Below, piece by piece: positions 1 to 8,460 of a stretch of 24,000 nt of DNA. Source of the stretch: Candidatus Sericytochromatia bacterium. Lineage in GTDB: Bacteria; Cyanobacteriota; Sericytochromatia; S15B-MN24; UBA4093. Position 1 is the stretch's first letter. Every line of letters begins with the position of its first letter. Made by a program: the position numbers and the translations under genes. The notes beneath the pieces were generated by a model. It searched no databases. It worked only from the letters and a program-made list of their open reading frames with translations, and was not told the origin of the DNA. The stretch lies in assembly GCA_036676985.1 (NCBI GenBank), contig JAKFBU010000076.1, positions 15,185 through 39,184 on the forward strand, in the 5' to 3' direction.

Positions 1-167
1 GTCAGGCCGAGGCCTTCATTCTCGACGGAGACGTCACCAAGCGTCTCTTCGCCGAGATCGCTCCTCAGTATCGCGAGCGTTCGGGCGGTTACACGCAGAT
101 CGTCAAGACGGAGCCCCGTCGCGGCGATGGCGCGCCCCAGGCGATCGTGATGCTGGTCGAGGCCTAA
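1..167 (+). CDS. rplQ: 50S ribosomal protein L17, 3' end (5' part lies outside the window)
   Basis: The frame starting at nt 3 reads [54 protein letters not shown], with stop TAA at 165-167. This is a typical L17 C-terminus. Position directly upstream of truA-rplM-rpsI fits. Confidence 0.85.
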   Translation, partial: QAEAFILDGDVTKRLFAEIAPQYRERSGGYTQIVKTEPRRGDGAPQAIVMLVEA

Positions 168-185
168 CGCCTCCCGAGGGGTTCC

Positions 186-968
186 GTGCGTAACATCGCC
201 CTGCGCGTCGGTTACGACGGGACCCACTTCGCCGGCTTCCAGCGTCAAGCCACGGACCGCACGGTCCAGGGCGCGCTCGAGGAAGCCCTCACCCGTCTGA
301 CGGGCAACAGCTTGCAAGAGCTGCGGTTCGCGGGCGCGGGGAGGACGGATGCCGGCGTCCACGCAAGTGGGATGGTGGTGAATTTCCGCACCACCAAGGG
401 TTTGGAGGACGAGACGTGGGTGAGGGCGCTCAACGCGCTGACACCCGACGACGTCGCCGTCCTCGGAGCCCGGGAGGTCGATGAGGCCTTCCACAGCCGC
501 TTCTCGGCGACCGCGCGATCGTACCGGTACGTGGTGCTGGCACGGAGGACCCCGGACCCCCTCCGCCGCTTCACGAGCCACTGGGAGCCCCGGCCCATGC
601 CCGAGGTGCCCGCGATGATCGAGGCGTTTGCCGGACTGGTGGGCACGTCCGACTTCACGGCCTTCGGGTCGACGGGGTCGAACGAACGGAGCCCGGTGTG
701 CACGGTACACCGAGCCGAGGCCCGGCTCGAGGACGACATGCTCGTGTTCGAGATCACCGCCCAGAGCTTCCTTTACCACATGGTGCGGCGGCTCGTGGGG
801 ACGGCCTTGGAAGTGGCGAAGGGAAGGTTGGACAAGCGGGAGTTCGCGGCCCTGTACCGCGCGCCCGGCAGCAGTGGGTTCGTCCCGCTGACGGCCCCCG
901 CTCATGGCCTGATCTTTATGAGTGCAACTTATCCCCCGCCTTATGCGGGGTTAAACGGACCCTTTTAG
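186..968 (+). CDS. truA: tRNA pseudouridine(38-40) synthase TruA
   Basis: 260 aa with a GTG start preceded by GAGGGG. N-terminus [18 protein letters not shown] and the catalytic motif [11 protein letters not shown] are TruA hallmarks. Confidence 0.95.
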   Translation: MRNIALRVGYDGTHFAGFQRQATDRTVQGALEEALTRLTGNSLQELRFAGAGRTDAGVHASGMVVNFRTTKGLEDETWVRALNALTPDDVAVLGAREVDEAFHSRFSATARSYRYVVLARRTPDPLRRFTSHWEPRPMPEVPAMIEAFAGLVGTSDFTAFGSTGSNERSPVCTVHRAEARLEDDMLVFEITAQSFLYHMVRRLVGTALEVAKGRLDKREFAALYRAPGSSGFVPLTAPAHGLIFMSATYPPPYAGLNGPF

Positions 969-978
969 GAGGAACGAC

Positions 979-1413
979 GTGAAAACCTACATCGCCAAGC
1001 CGGAGGACATCACCCGGCAGTGGTATGTGATCGACGCCGAAGGCCAGACCCTGGGCCGTTTGGCGACCGTCGTCGCCGACCTGCTCCGGGGGAAGGGCAA
1101 GCCCCTCTTCACCCCGAACGTGGACTGCGGCGACTTCGTGATCATCGTCAACGCGGAGAAGATCCAGGTGACCGGCAAGAAGGTCACGGACAAGAAGTAC
1201 ATCCACCACACCATGTGGCCCGGTGGCTATCGTGAGACCACCTTCGAGAAGCTCATCAAGGCTCACCCCGAGCGGGTGATCGAGCACGCGGTGCGCGGCA
1301 TGCTGCCGCACAGCCGTCTCGGCCGCGCCATCTACGGCAAGCTCAAGGTTTACGCCGGTGCGCAGCATCCGCACGCCGCGCAGCAGCCCCAGGCGTTCGA
1401 GCTGAAGAAGTAA
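979..1413 (+). CDS. rplM: 50S ribosomal protein L13
   Basis: 144 aa with a GTG start after the [40 protein letters not shown]...[12 protein letters not shown] is canonical L13. Confidence 0.97.
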   Translation: MKTYIAKPEDITRQWYVIDAEGQTLGRLATVVADLLRGKGKPLFTPNVDCGDFVIIVNAEKIQVTGKKVTDKKYIHHTMWPGGYRETTFEKLIKAHPERVIEHAVRGMLPHSRLGRAIYGKLKVYAGAQHPHAAQQPQAFELKK

Positions 1414-1425
1414 GGAGAATCTAGC

Positions 1426-1833
1426 GTGGCAACCAAGACCAAGACTGCCGCTTATTGGGGCACCGGTCGTCGCAAGACGGCGATCGCCCGTGTCCGCCTG
1501 GTGCCCGGCACCGGCACCGTGACCATCAATGAGCGTCCGCTCGACAACTACGTCGGCTACCGCTCGGTCCTCATTCGCGAAGTGGGCCTGCCCCTCGAGG
1601 CGACCAACAACGCGGGCCGCTACGACGTGCACGTGCGCGTCGCGGGCGGCGGGGTGACCTCGCAGGTCGGCGCCATCCGCCTCGGCGTGGCCCGTGCCCT
1701 GCTCAAGGTCGATCCCGAGTACCGCAGCAACCTGCGCGCCGAGGATCTGCTCACCCGCGATCCCCGCGCCAAGGAGCGCAAGAAGTACGGCCGCAAGAAG
1801 GCCCGTAAGCGCTTCCAGTTCTCGAAGCGCTAA
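1426..1833 (+). CDS. rpsI: 30S ribosomal protein S9
   Basis: 135 aa with RBS AAGGAGAA upstream. [14 protein letters not shown] and the C-terminal [11 protein letters not shown] are canonical S9. Confidence 0.97.
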   Translation: MATKTKTAAYWGTGRRKTAIARVRLVPGTGTVTINERPLDNYVGYRSVLIREVGLPLEATNNAGRYDVHVRVAGGGVTSQVGAIRLGVARALLKVDPEYRSNLRAEDLLTRDPRAKERKKYGRKKARKRFQFSKR

Positions 1834-1849
1834 GCGTTTCGATCGCAAG

Positions 1850-1878
1850 GACCCCTGCCATTCCGGCAGGGGTCTTTT
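1850..1878 (+). terminator. Rho-independent terminator of the truA-rplM-rpsI unit
   Basis: Perfect 10-bp stem GACCCCTGCC (1850-1859) / GGCAGGGGTC (1865-1874) with a 5-nt loop, followed by TTTT at 1875-1878. Confidence 0.8.
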
Positions 1879-1947
1879 CGTGCGCCGATTACGTCAGGTA
1901 CGCTCCGGGTATGCAAGGGAGGGAAATCCTGTCGGGGAGGGAGCGAG

Positions 1948-2736
1948 ATGTCCGAACAGCGGAGCGGGAAGAGCCGGCCGGTCAGCCTGGCCATCAGCCC
2001 CGGCATGCTGCTCGAGTCCGAGGGCGCCCATGAGTACGCGCACGGGGTCCAGGAGCGCCTCGACCACTGCGCCGACTACTACCTGCCCTTCACGCTCGTC
2101 GGCATCTACCTCGACGACGTGCCCATCGGCACGGGCAGCCTGCTCAACACCGACCTGCGCAGCCAGCTCTTCGCCCGCGCCAAGACGCTCATCCAGCGCT
2201 CGGTCCGCTCGACGATCAACGAGCGGCGCAAGATGACGGACGGCCTCTACCGCATCGATCCCCTCTACGTGGTCGCCCTCTGCAACGCGGACCGTACGAA
2301 CCACCTCATCCCCGTGGGCCGGATCATCGAGGCGCTGCGCCAGGCGAGCATGATCAACGAGCTCAACGGCCGCTCGACCTTCCGGCGCCGGATCGTGGTG
2401 GGCACCGTGAGCATGGATCCGCGCCAGGGCATGCGCACCATCCCGGATCTCACCGAGCGCCTGGTCGAGGCGGTCTACAAGGCCATCGAGGCTCCGCACC
2501 CGGATGCCTGCGAGCGCATGCGCATCGGCAAGTCCATGCACGACGAGATCCTCTACCACGACCTCGCGGTGGGCGAGGAGCGGGTGAGCCCGGCGCACGC
2601 CATCCCCCGCTCCGGCACCGCCCCCATCGCCAAGTCCGCCTCCGGGCCCATCTCGAGCCGCGCGGCCGTCCCGGTCCGCAGCGCCTCGGCGGCCAAGGAG
2701 AATGACCCGAAAAAACCCTTCTGGCGCTTCTGGTAG
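1948..2736 (+). CDS. Hypothetical protein with a degenerate GGDEF-like (diguanylate-cyclase fold) domain; the GG[DE]EF position reads RIDPLY
   Basis: 262 aa with RBS GGGGAGGGAG before the ATG and coding-type GC3. By eye it aligns to the GGDEF fold. FTLVGIYLDDV matches the LIDIDxFK strand. LYRIDPLYVVALCNAD matches RYGGDEFxxLLPxTD. VVGTVSM...LTERLVEAVYKA matches SIGVA...LLxxADxALYxAK. The tail is Ala/Ser/Pro-rich and ends KKPFWRFW. Confidence 0.7.
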   Translation: MSEQRSGKSRPVSLAISPGMLLESEGAHEYAHGVQERLDHCADYYLPFTLVGIYLDDVPIGTGSLLNTDLRSQLFARAKTLIQRSVRSTINERRKMTDGLYRIDPLYVVALCNADRTNHLIPVGRIIEALRQASMINELNGRSTFRRRIVVGTVSMDPRQGMRTIPDLTERLVEAVYKAIEAPHPDACERMRIGKSMHDEILYHDLAVGEERVSPAHAIPRSGTAPIAKSASGPISSRAAVPVRSASAAKENDPKKPFWRFW

Positions 2737-2765
2737 CGCCTCGCGCCCCGACCATAGGAGGAACG

Positions 2766-4388
2766 TTGGACCTCAAGCTCCCCGGCACCGTCTTTGCTCT
2801 CTTGTCCCTCACGCTCACCATGGGCGCCGCCAAGGCCCCCGAGCTGCCCACCCATCCCCCCGCCACCCCCGAAGAGACCGCACGCGTCATCGAGGCGTTC
2901 CGGAACGCTGCCGCCCGCTCGCTGAGCGATCGCTCCGGCGACCTCTTCGCCCTTCCCGCCAAGTACTCCTTTGTCACCGAGACGGGGCACATGGTCGTGA
3001 AGAAGGCGCACGTGCGCGGCCAGACCCTCGCCATGATGGGCACCTCCCACGGCACGAGCTGGGAGTACGACACGCACATCCCCATCGTTCTCTGGGGCCC
3101 CGGCTTCATCAAGCCGGGCGTCCGCACGCCCGCTCCGGCCCAGCAGCAGGACCTGGTTCCGACCTTCGCCCAGCTGATGGGCGCGGTGCCCCCGGCGGAT
3201 GCCTACGGCCGGGTCCTCGGTGAGGCCCTCCTGCCCACCCAGAAGCGCCCCAAGGTCATCCTCACGGTCGTCTTCGACCAGGGCGGCGAGGATTACTACC
3301 GGGCGCACCCGGGCGTCACGCCGCGGCTCGATCGCTTCAAGCGCGAAGGCACCTACTTCACCGAGACGCGCATCACCCACGTGGACACCGAGACGGGCAT
3401 CGGCCATGCCGCCATCGGCACCGGAGCCTGGCCGAGCACCACGGGCATCTCGAGCAACAACATCTGGCTGCGCGGCATGGGCGCTCGCCGCTACTCGTTC
3501 GAGGGTGAGCAGGGCTCATCGCCCATCTTCCTGAACAGCCCGACCCTGGGCGATGCCTGGCTGCGCCAGACCGACAACAAGGCGCTCCTGCTCGGCTACT
3601 GCTACGCGGACCGCGCCGCCATCGGCATGGCGGGCCACGGCTCCATGTACCGCGGCAACAAGAAGCCCTGGGTCGTCTTCTACGACGAGAAGAAGGGCGA
3701 GCTCACCACCAACGAGGCCTACTACGAGCTGCCGGCCTACCTGAAGGGCGCAAGCCCCAAGCAGCGCTACGACGAGCTGACGAAGGGCACCGGCCAGTGG
3801 ATGGGCCATGCGATCGACGCCAAGTCGGCGGTCCGCAACACCCCGGCCTACGCGGCCTTCGACGGCGACAACATCGTCAAGCTCATCGAGCAGGAGCCCT
3901 TCGGCGCGGACGACGTCACGGACCTCATGTTCGTGACGCTCAAGTCCACCGACGCCTGCGGCCACGCCTTCGGCCACGAGTCGGACGAGGCGGGCGCGGT
4001 GCTCGCCGAGCAGGACAAGCAGTTCGGCCGGATCCTCGACGCCCTGACGGCCAAGGTCGGCAAGGACAACGTCGTGGTCGCCTTCACGGCGGACCACGGC
4101 AGCGCTCCTCTGGTCGAGCTCACGGGCGGCAAGCGCCTGAGCGATCGCAAGCTCCTCGCGGATCTCAACCGCCAGGTCGACAAGGTCGCCAACGGCGTGA
4201 GCGTCTTCGAGTACGCCTCGGCGACCCAGCTCTTCGTCAACGAGACGGAGCGCCAGCGGAACAAGCTGACCTACCAGGACCTCAAGGCGGCCGTGCTCGC
4301 CTACCAGGTGGACGGCAAGCCGTTCTTCGTCGACGTCTTGACCCGCCCCGAGGCCCTCGAGCGCATCAAGCGCTTCCTGGTTCCCTAG
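2766..4388 (+). CDS. Secreted alkaline-phosphatase-superfamily protein (type I phosphodiesterase / nucleotide pyrophosphatase-like)
   Basis: 540 aa with a TTG start 4-5 nt after AGGAGGA. Signal peptide MDLKLPGTVFALLSLTLTMGAAKA. The metal and nucleophile region is VVFDQGGEDYY...HVDTETGIGHAAIGTGAWPSTTGI. The distal metal-site motifs are STDACGHAFGHES and FTADHGS. Confidence 0.85.
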   Translation: MDLKLPGTVFALLSLTLTMGAAKAPELPTHPPATPEETARVIEAFRNAAARSLSDRSGDLFALPAKYSFVTETGHMVVKKAHVRGQTLAMMGTSHGTSWEYDTHIPIVLWGPGFIKPGVRTPAPAQQQDLVPTFAQLMGAVPPADAYGRVLGEALLPTQKRPKVILTVVFDQGGEDYYRAHPGVTPRLDRFKREGTYFTETRITHVDTETGIGHAAIGTGAWPSTTGISSNNIWLRGMGARRYSFEGEQGSSPIFLNSPTLGDAWLRQTDNKALLLGYCYADRAAIGMAGHGSMYRGNKKPWVVFYDEKKGELTTNEAYYELPAYLKGASPKQRYDELTKGTGQWMGHAIDAKSAVRNTPAYAAFDGDNIVKLIEQEPFGADDVTDLMFVTLKSTDACGHAFGHESDEAGAVLAEQDKQFGRILDALTAKVGKDNVVVAFTADHGSAPLVELTGGKRLSDRKLLADLNRQVDKVANGVSVFEYASATQLFVNETERQRNKLTYQDLKAAVLAYQVDGKPFFVDVLTRPEALERIKRFLVP

Positions 4389-4402
4389 AATATCTCGCCC
4401 AC

Positions 4403-4438
4403 GTTCCGTACCGCCTACCTGGGTAGGCGGTACGGAAC
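4403..4438 (+). terminator. Perfect 17-bp hairpin downstream of the phosphodiesterase gene (terminator-like, no U-tract)
   Basis: GTTCCGTACCGCCTACC (4403-4419) and GGTAGGCGGTACGGAAC (4422-4438) are exact reverse complements. No T-run follows, so intrinsic termination is uncertain. Confidence 0.5.
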
Positions 4439-4515
4439 CCGCGTCCTGGTGCGCTCCGACCCACCTCCAGAGGAGGTACAATGGGGCGTCCCCAGCTTGT
4501 TGAAGGAGTTGCCCC

Positions 4516-5682
4516 ATGACCGACCAGATGCGCATCATGCTGCCCGGTCCCACCCCCTGTCCGAGCTCCGCCCTGCGGGAGATGAGCCGGCCGATGATCA
4601 ACCACCGCGGCAAGGAGTTCTCCGCGATGCTGGAGCGCATCACCGAGGACCTGAAGTGGGCCTACCAGACGCGGAATGACGTCCTCATCCTCACGACCTC
4701 GGGCACCGGCGCCATGGAGAGCGCCATCGTCAACATGCTGAGCCCGGGCGATCGCGTCCTCGCCCTCATCTCGGGCGAGTTCGGCAAGCGCTTCGCCAAG
4801 ATCGCCGAGACCTACGGCGCGGTGGTCGACACGGTCGAGGCCGTCTACGGCGAGCCCATCCTGCCCGCCATGGTCGAGGAGAAGCTGCGCGGCGTCACCT
4901 ACAAGGCCGTGCTCTGCACCCACAACGAGACCTCGACCTCGCTGCTCAACCCCATGAAGGAGATCGCGGCCGTCATCCGGCGCGAGTGCCCGGACGCCCT
5001 CATCCTGGTGGACTCGGTCTCGGGCCTGGGCACCGCGCCCTTGGCCGTCGACGAGCTGGACCTGGACGTGGTGCTCGCCGGCGCTCAGAAGGCCTTCATG
5101 ATTCCGCCCGGCCTGGCCTTCGCGGCCGTGAGCCCGCGCGCCTGGGCCGCGCACGCGCAGGCCAAGATGCCCCGCTTCTACTTCGACTACACCAAGGCCC
5201 GTGAGTTCGCCAAGAAGGGGCAGACCCCCTGGACCCCCGCCATCTCGCTGTTCTTCGCCCTCGAAGAGGCGCTCGGCATGCTGAAGAAAGAGGGCCTGGA
5301 CGCCATCTTCGCGCGGCACGAGCTGCTCATGCGCATGATCCGCGCTGGCGCCAAGGCGCTCGGCCTGCGCCTGGTGGTCGAGGACGACACCTACGCCTCG
5401 CGCGCCGTCACGGGCATCTTCCCGCCCGAGGGCATCCACCCCGGCGACCTGCGCAAGGTCATGCAGGACCGCTTCGGCTACGTGGTCGCGGGCGGCCAGG
5501 GTCCGCTCACCGAGAGCATCTTCCGGATCGGGCACTGCGGGTACTACGACGCGGCGGACATGCTGGGCATGCTCTCCGTGCTCGAGGCCTCGCTCTCGAT
5601 CATGGGGGCCAAGATCCAGCCCGGAGCGGCGGTGGCAGCGGCCGAGGCCGTCCTCGCCGAGCGCCAGGCCGTCACCCGCTAG
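4516..5682 (+). CDS. Class-V (AGXT / serine-pyruvate type) PLP aminotransferase; probable phosphoserine aminotransferase given the adjacent serA
   Basis: 388 aa with RBS GAAGGAG 6 nt before the ATG. N-terminus MLPGPTPCPSSALREMSRPMINHRGKEF and the overall layout match class-V aminotransferases. serA follows 25 nt downstream on the same strand. Confidence 0.88.
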   Translation: MTDQMRIMLPGPTPCPSSALREMSRPMINHRGKEFSAMLERITEDLKWAYQTRNDVLILTTSGTGAMESAIVNMLSPGDRVLALISGEFGKRFAKIAETYGAVVDTVEAVYGEPILPAMVEEKLRGVTYKAVLCTHNETSTSLLNPMKEIAAVIRRECPDALILVDSVSGLGTAPLAVDELDLDVVLAGAQKAFMIPPGLAFAAVSPRAWAAHAQAKMPRFYFDYTKAREFAKKGQTPWTPAISLFFALEEALGMLKKEGLDAIFARHELLMRMIRAGAKALGLRLVVEDDTYASRAVTGIFPPEGIHPGDLRKVMQDRFGYVVAGGQGPLTESIFRIGHCGYYDAADMLGMLSVLEASLSIMGAKIQPGAAVAAAEAVLAERQAVTR

Positions 5683-5707
5683 CGCCCGCGCCTCATAAGG
5701 AGCAACG

Positions 5708-7339
5708 ATGACCTTCACGTCCACCCCCTCCGAGCAGCAGCGCGTGGGCCAGGCGGGCCCCTTCAACGTCCTGGTCCTGGACCGGGTCGATCCGGCGGGC
5801 CTCGCCATCCTGGGGGACATCGCCCAGGTCGATGCCCGGGACGCGGTCGCGCCCGACGAGCTCTTGCGGATCATCGGGAACTACGACGCGCTGATGGTCC
5901 GCTCGGCCACCAAGGTCACCCAGGAGGTGATCGAGGCGGGCACCCGCCTCAAGATCATCGGCCGGGCGGGCGTGGGCGTGGACAACATCGACGTGGGCGC
6001 CGCCACCAAGCGGGGCATCATCGTCGTCAACTCGCCAGAGGGCAACACGGTGGCGGCCGCAGAGCATGCGATCGCCCTCATGTTCGCCCTCGCGCGCCAC
6101 GTGCCCATGGCGGACGCCGCCATGAAGCAAGGCGAGTGGAAGCGCGAGCGCTACACCGGCCACGAGCTCTACCACAAGACGCTCGGCATCATCGGGCTCG
6201 GCAAGATCGGCAGCCGGGTCGCCAAGGTGGCCAATGCCGTCGGCATGCGCGTCCTCGGCTCGGATCCCTTCCTCACGCCCGAGCGGGCGCAGGAGCTGGG
6301 CGTCGAGCCCGTGGACTTCGAGACCTTGATCGCCCAGAGCGACTTCATCACGCTGCACGTGCCCAAGACGGCCGAGACCAGCAAGCTCTTCAACGCCGAG
6401 GTGCTCGCCCGCTGCAAGCAGGGCGTGTGCCTCATCAACTGCGCCCGGGGCGGGGTCATCGACGAGGCGGCCTTGGCGGACGCCATCGAGAGCGGGCATG
6501 TGGCGGGGGCGGCCCTGGACGTCTTCGAGAAGGAGCCCCTGGGCGAGAGCCCGCTGCGGGGCTTGGGCGATCGCATCATCCTCACGCCGCACCTGGGCGC
6601 CTCCACCGAGGAGGCCCAGATCAAGGTGGCCGTGGACGTGGCCGAGCAGATCGTCAGCGTCCTCAAGGGCGAGGGGGCGCGGTCGGCCGTCAACATCCCC
6701 ACCCTGCGTCCCGAGGTGGTGGAGCCGGTGCGGCCCTTCATGGGCCTGGCCGAGAAGCTCGGCAGCCTCGCCTCCCAGCTCCTGGACGGTCCCATCGAGC
6801 GGGTCGAGATCCTCTACCACGGCGGACTGGCGGCGAAGAACGTGGAGCCCCTGACGGTGGCGGCCCTCAAGGGGGCGCTCTCGCACGCGGTGCCGGAGGG
6901 CGTGAACTACGTCAACGCGCCCCTGGTGGCCAAGGAGCGGGGCGTCGAGGTTCGGGAGAGCCGTTCGAGCGAGTCCAAGGACTACGCGGACCTGATCGCG
7001 GTGGCGGTCATCGGCGGCGGTGGCTGGCACACGGTGGCGGGCACGGTCTTCGGCGAGGGCGACCCGCGGGTGGTGCGCATCGACGAGCATGCGTTCAACA
7101 TGAGCCCGGCGGGCGACGTCTTGATCGCGCCGCACCAGGACCGGCCGGGGGCCATCGGCACCATCGGGACGCTCTTGGGCGAGCTCGGGATCAACATCAA
7201 CGGCTTCCAGCTGGGTCGAAAGTACAAGAAGGGCCCTGCGGTGATGGTGCTCAACGTGGACGACGCCATCTCGCCCGAGGCGATCAAGCGCATCTGTGCG
7301 CTGGAGGGGTTCCATGACGTTCGGTTCGTGACGCTCTGA
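5708..7339 (+). CDS. serA: D-3-phosphoglycerate dehydrogenase, long form with C-terminal ACT domain
   Basis: 543 aa with RBS AAGGAG. Contains the NAD-binding motif GIIGLGKIGSRVA, the catalytic region NCARGGVIDEAAL...TPHLGAST, and a C-terminal ACT-like segment. Confidence 0.95.
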   Translation: MTFTSTPSEQQRVGQAGPFNVLVLDRVDPAGLAILGDIAQVDARDAVAPDELLRIIGNYDALMVRSATKVTQEVIEAGTRLKIIGRAGVGVDNIDVGAATKRGIIVVNSPEGNTVAAAEHAIALMFALARHVPMADAAMKQGEWKRERYTGHELYHKTLGIIGLGKIGSRVAKVANAVGMRVLGSDPFLTPERAQELGVEPVDFETLIAQSDFITLHVPKTAETSKLFNAEVLARCKQGVCLINCARGGVIDEAALADAIESGHVAGAALDVFEKEPLGESPLRGLGDRIILTPHLGASTEEAQIKVAVDVAEQIVSVLKGEGARSAVNIPTLRPEVVEPVRPFMGLAEKLGSLASQLLDGPIERVEILYHGGLAAKNVEPLTVAALKGALSHAVPEGVNYVNAPLVAKERGVEVRESRSSESKDYADLIAVAVIGGGGWHTVAGTVFGEGDPRVVRIDEHAFNMSPAGDVLIAPHQDRPGAIGTIGTLLGELGININGFQLGRKYKKGPAVMVLNVDDAISPEAIKRICALEGFHDVRFVTL

Positions 7340-7477
7340 CCCCCCCTTCCCCCCCTGCTGCGCAAGGGGGGCACAAAGAGCCCGGCTGCGCCGGATTGTC
7401 GCCGCGAATCCCCCTGCAAGGCAGGGGGATTCGCCATGAAAAGCCCCCCTTGCCGAAGGCAGGGGGGGAAGGGGGGG
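7340..7477. repeat. Nested C/G-homopolymer palindromic element in the serA 3' intergenic region
   Basis: The outer inverted repeat is a perfect 19 bp: C7TTC7TGC (7340-7358) versus GCAG7AAG7 (7459-7477). An inner perfect 14-bp hairpin pairs GCGAATCCCCCTGC (7404-7417) with GCAGGGGGATTCGC (7421-7434). Alternative C6T/AG6 pairings occur at 7350-7371 and 7444-7468. Confidence 0.75.
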
Positions 7478-7496
7478 TGGTAACTCGGTCGGCGCT

Positions 7497-8297
7497 TCAG
7501 AGGATGATGGCGATGGGCAGCTTGCCGTTCTTCAGCGCGTCCTTGACCTTGTTCGCCTCGTCGTCCGCCAGGAGCAGATCCGCCCGGGTCGGGCCGAAGG
7601 CCCGCTTGGCCTTGAGCGACACCGGGCTCTCGCCCACGAAGGGCTTCGCCCCGTCCGGCACGTGGTAGTACGCGATGGGCGCATCCTCCGCCGTGAGCGC
7701 CTTGCCGCCCTGGTCGCGCACGCGGATCCGCAGCGCCGGCTGCGCCCCGGTGCCCCGGGCGTCGATCACGATCCCCGTCGGCTTGCCCTTGATGCTCTCG
7801 GTGGCCGCCGGCGTCGGGCCGAACACCACCCGCGCCAGGCTGGAGGGGCCGGCCAGGGGCAGCTCCAGCGTCACCTCCACCGAGCCGTCCGCCCAGTAGT
7901 GGGTGTCCACCGCGCGCGCCTCGCGCACCAGCTCGTTGATGCCGAGCCGCGTCTGGTCGTCCACGGCCGTCAGGTCCCGGACGAAGGCCGAGCCGTTGAC
8001 CCGCAGCTGATCCAGGCTCTCCGAGAGCCGTCGGTAGCCGTCGGCAAACGCGGTCCGCTTGGCCATCAGGCGGCGCTGGGTGAGCGTGCCGCGCTCGGGC
8101 GCCATGCCGATGCCCTTGATGCGGAGCACGAACCGGCTCCAGTCGATGGAGAGCCCGTCGTCGTCCTTCTCGATGAGCGCGTTGCCCGCCACTTCCAGCG
8201 AGGTCGTCGCCGCCGCACTGGCCGTCGCTTCCGCCGCATGGACGGGGCTCGAGATCAGCAGGGACAGGGCGAACAAGGGCGCGATCAAACGAAACAT
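7497..8297 (-). CDS. Secreted hypothetical protein, possible LPP20-like domain
   Basis: I place the start at the internal ATG (8297) because GGAGAT lies 7 nt upstream and a signal peptide follows (MFRLIAPLFALSLLISSPVHA/AE). The segment RRLMAKRTAFADGYRRLSE resembles the LPP20 helix pattern. This domain call comes from memory only. Confidence 0.7.
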   Translation of the reverse strand: MFRLIAPLFALSLLISSPVHAAEATASAAATTSLEVAGNALIEKDDDGLSIDWSRFVLRIKGIGMAPERGTLTQRRLMAKRTAFADGYRRLSESLDQLRVNGSAFVRDLTAVDDQTRLGINELVREARAVDTHYWADGSVEVTLELPLAGPSSLARVVFGPTPAATESIKGKPTGIVIDARGTGAQPALRIRVRDQGGKALTAEDAPIAYYHVPDGAKPFVGESPVSLKAKRAFGPTRADLLLADDEANKVKDALKNGKLPIAIIL

Positions 8298-8460
8298 AGG
8301 CGAAATCTCCTTCCGGGGCGCCTCTTTTATACCACGTTCGGACGTCATTCTGACGCCGGGAGCGGCCTGACCATCATCCCGGGCCGCGGGCGTTTTTCCT
8401 TGCCTGGACAGGCGGGGGAGCCCCTGCTAGGATGAGCACCCAACTGAAGGAGGTGCTCGC

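Noticed and set aside
916-1848. Long antisense or off-frame ORFs in the track. Examples: 916-1848(-), 1894-2598(-), 3516-4643(-), 4366-5874(-), 5693-7315(-), 6136-7317(+), 12972-14462(+), 14877-15995(-), 16023-17171(-), 19494-21248(-).
   Set aside because: They lie opposite or out of frame to genes with unmistakable family motifs (L13/S9, serA, ggt, histidine kinases and others). Their translations are Arg/Gly/Pro/Ala-rich low-complexity strings typical of stop-codon-poor frames in GC-rich DNA. They also lack SD sites.
7340-7477. Phase-variable homopolymer switch (C7/G7 tracts).
   Set aside because: The tracts lie between two convergent stop codons. They are not in a promoter spacer or a coding region, so length changes would not switch any gene in the usual way.
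7436-7483. 15-codon micro-ORF (MKSPPCRRQGGKGGW) with an AGGGGGA SD-like sequence inside the palindromic element.
   Set aside because: The ORF and its apparent SD are by-products of the G-run and C-run palindrome arms, and nothing else suggests it is coding.
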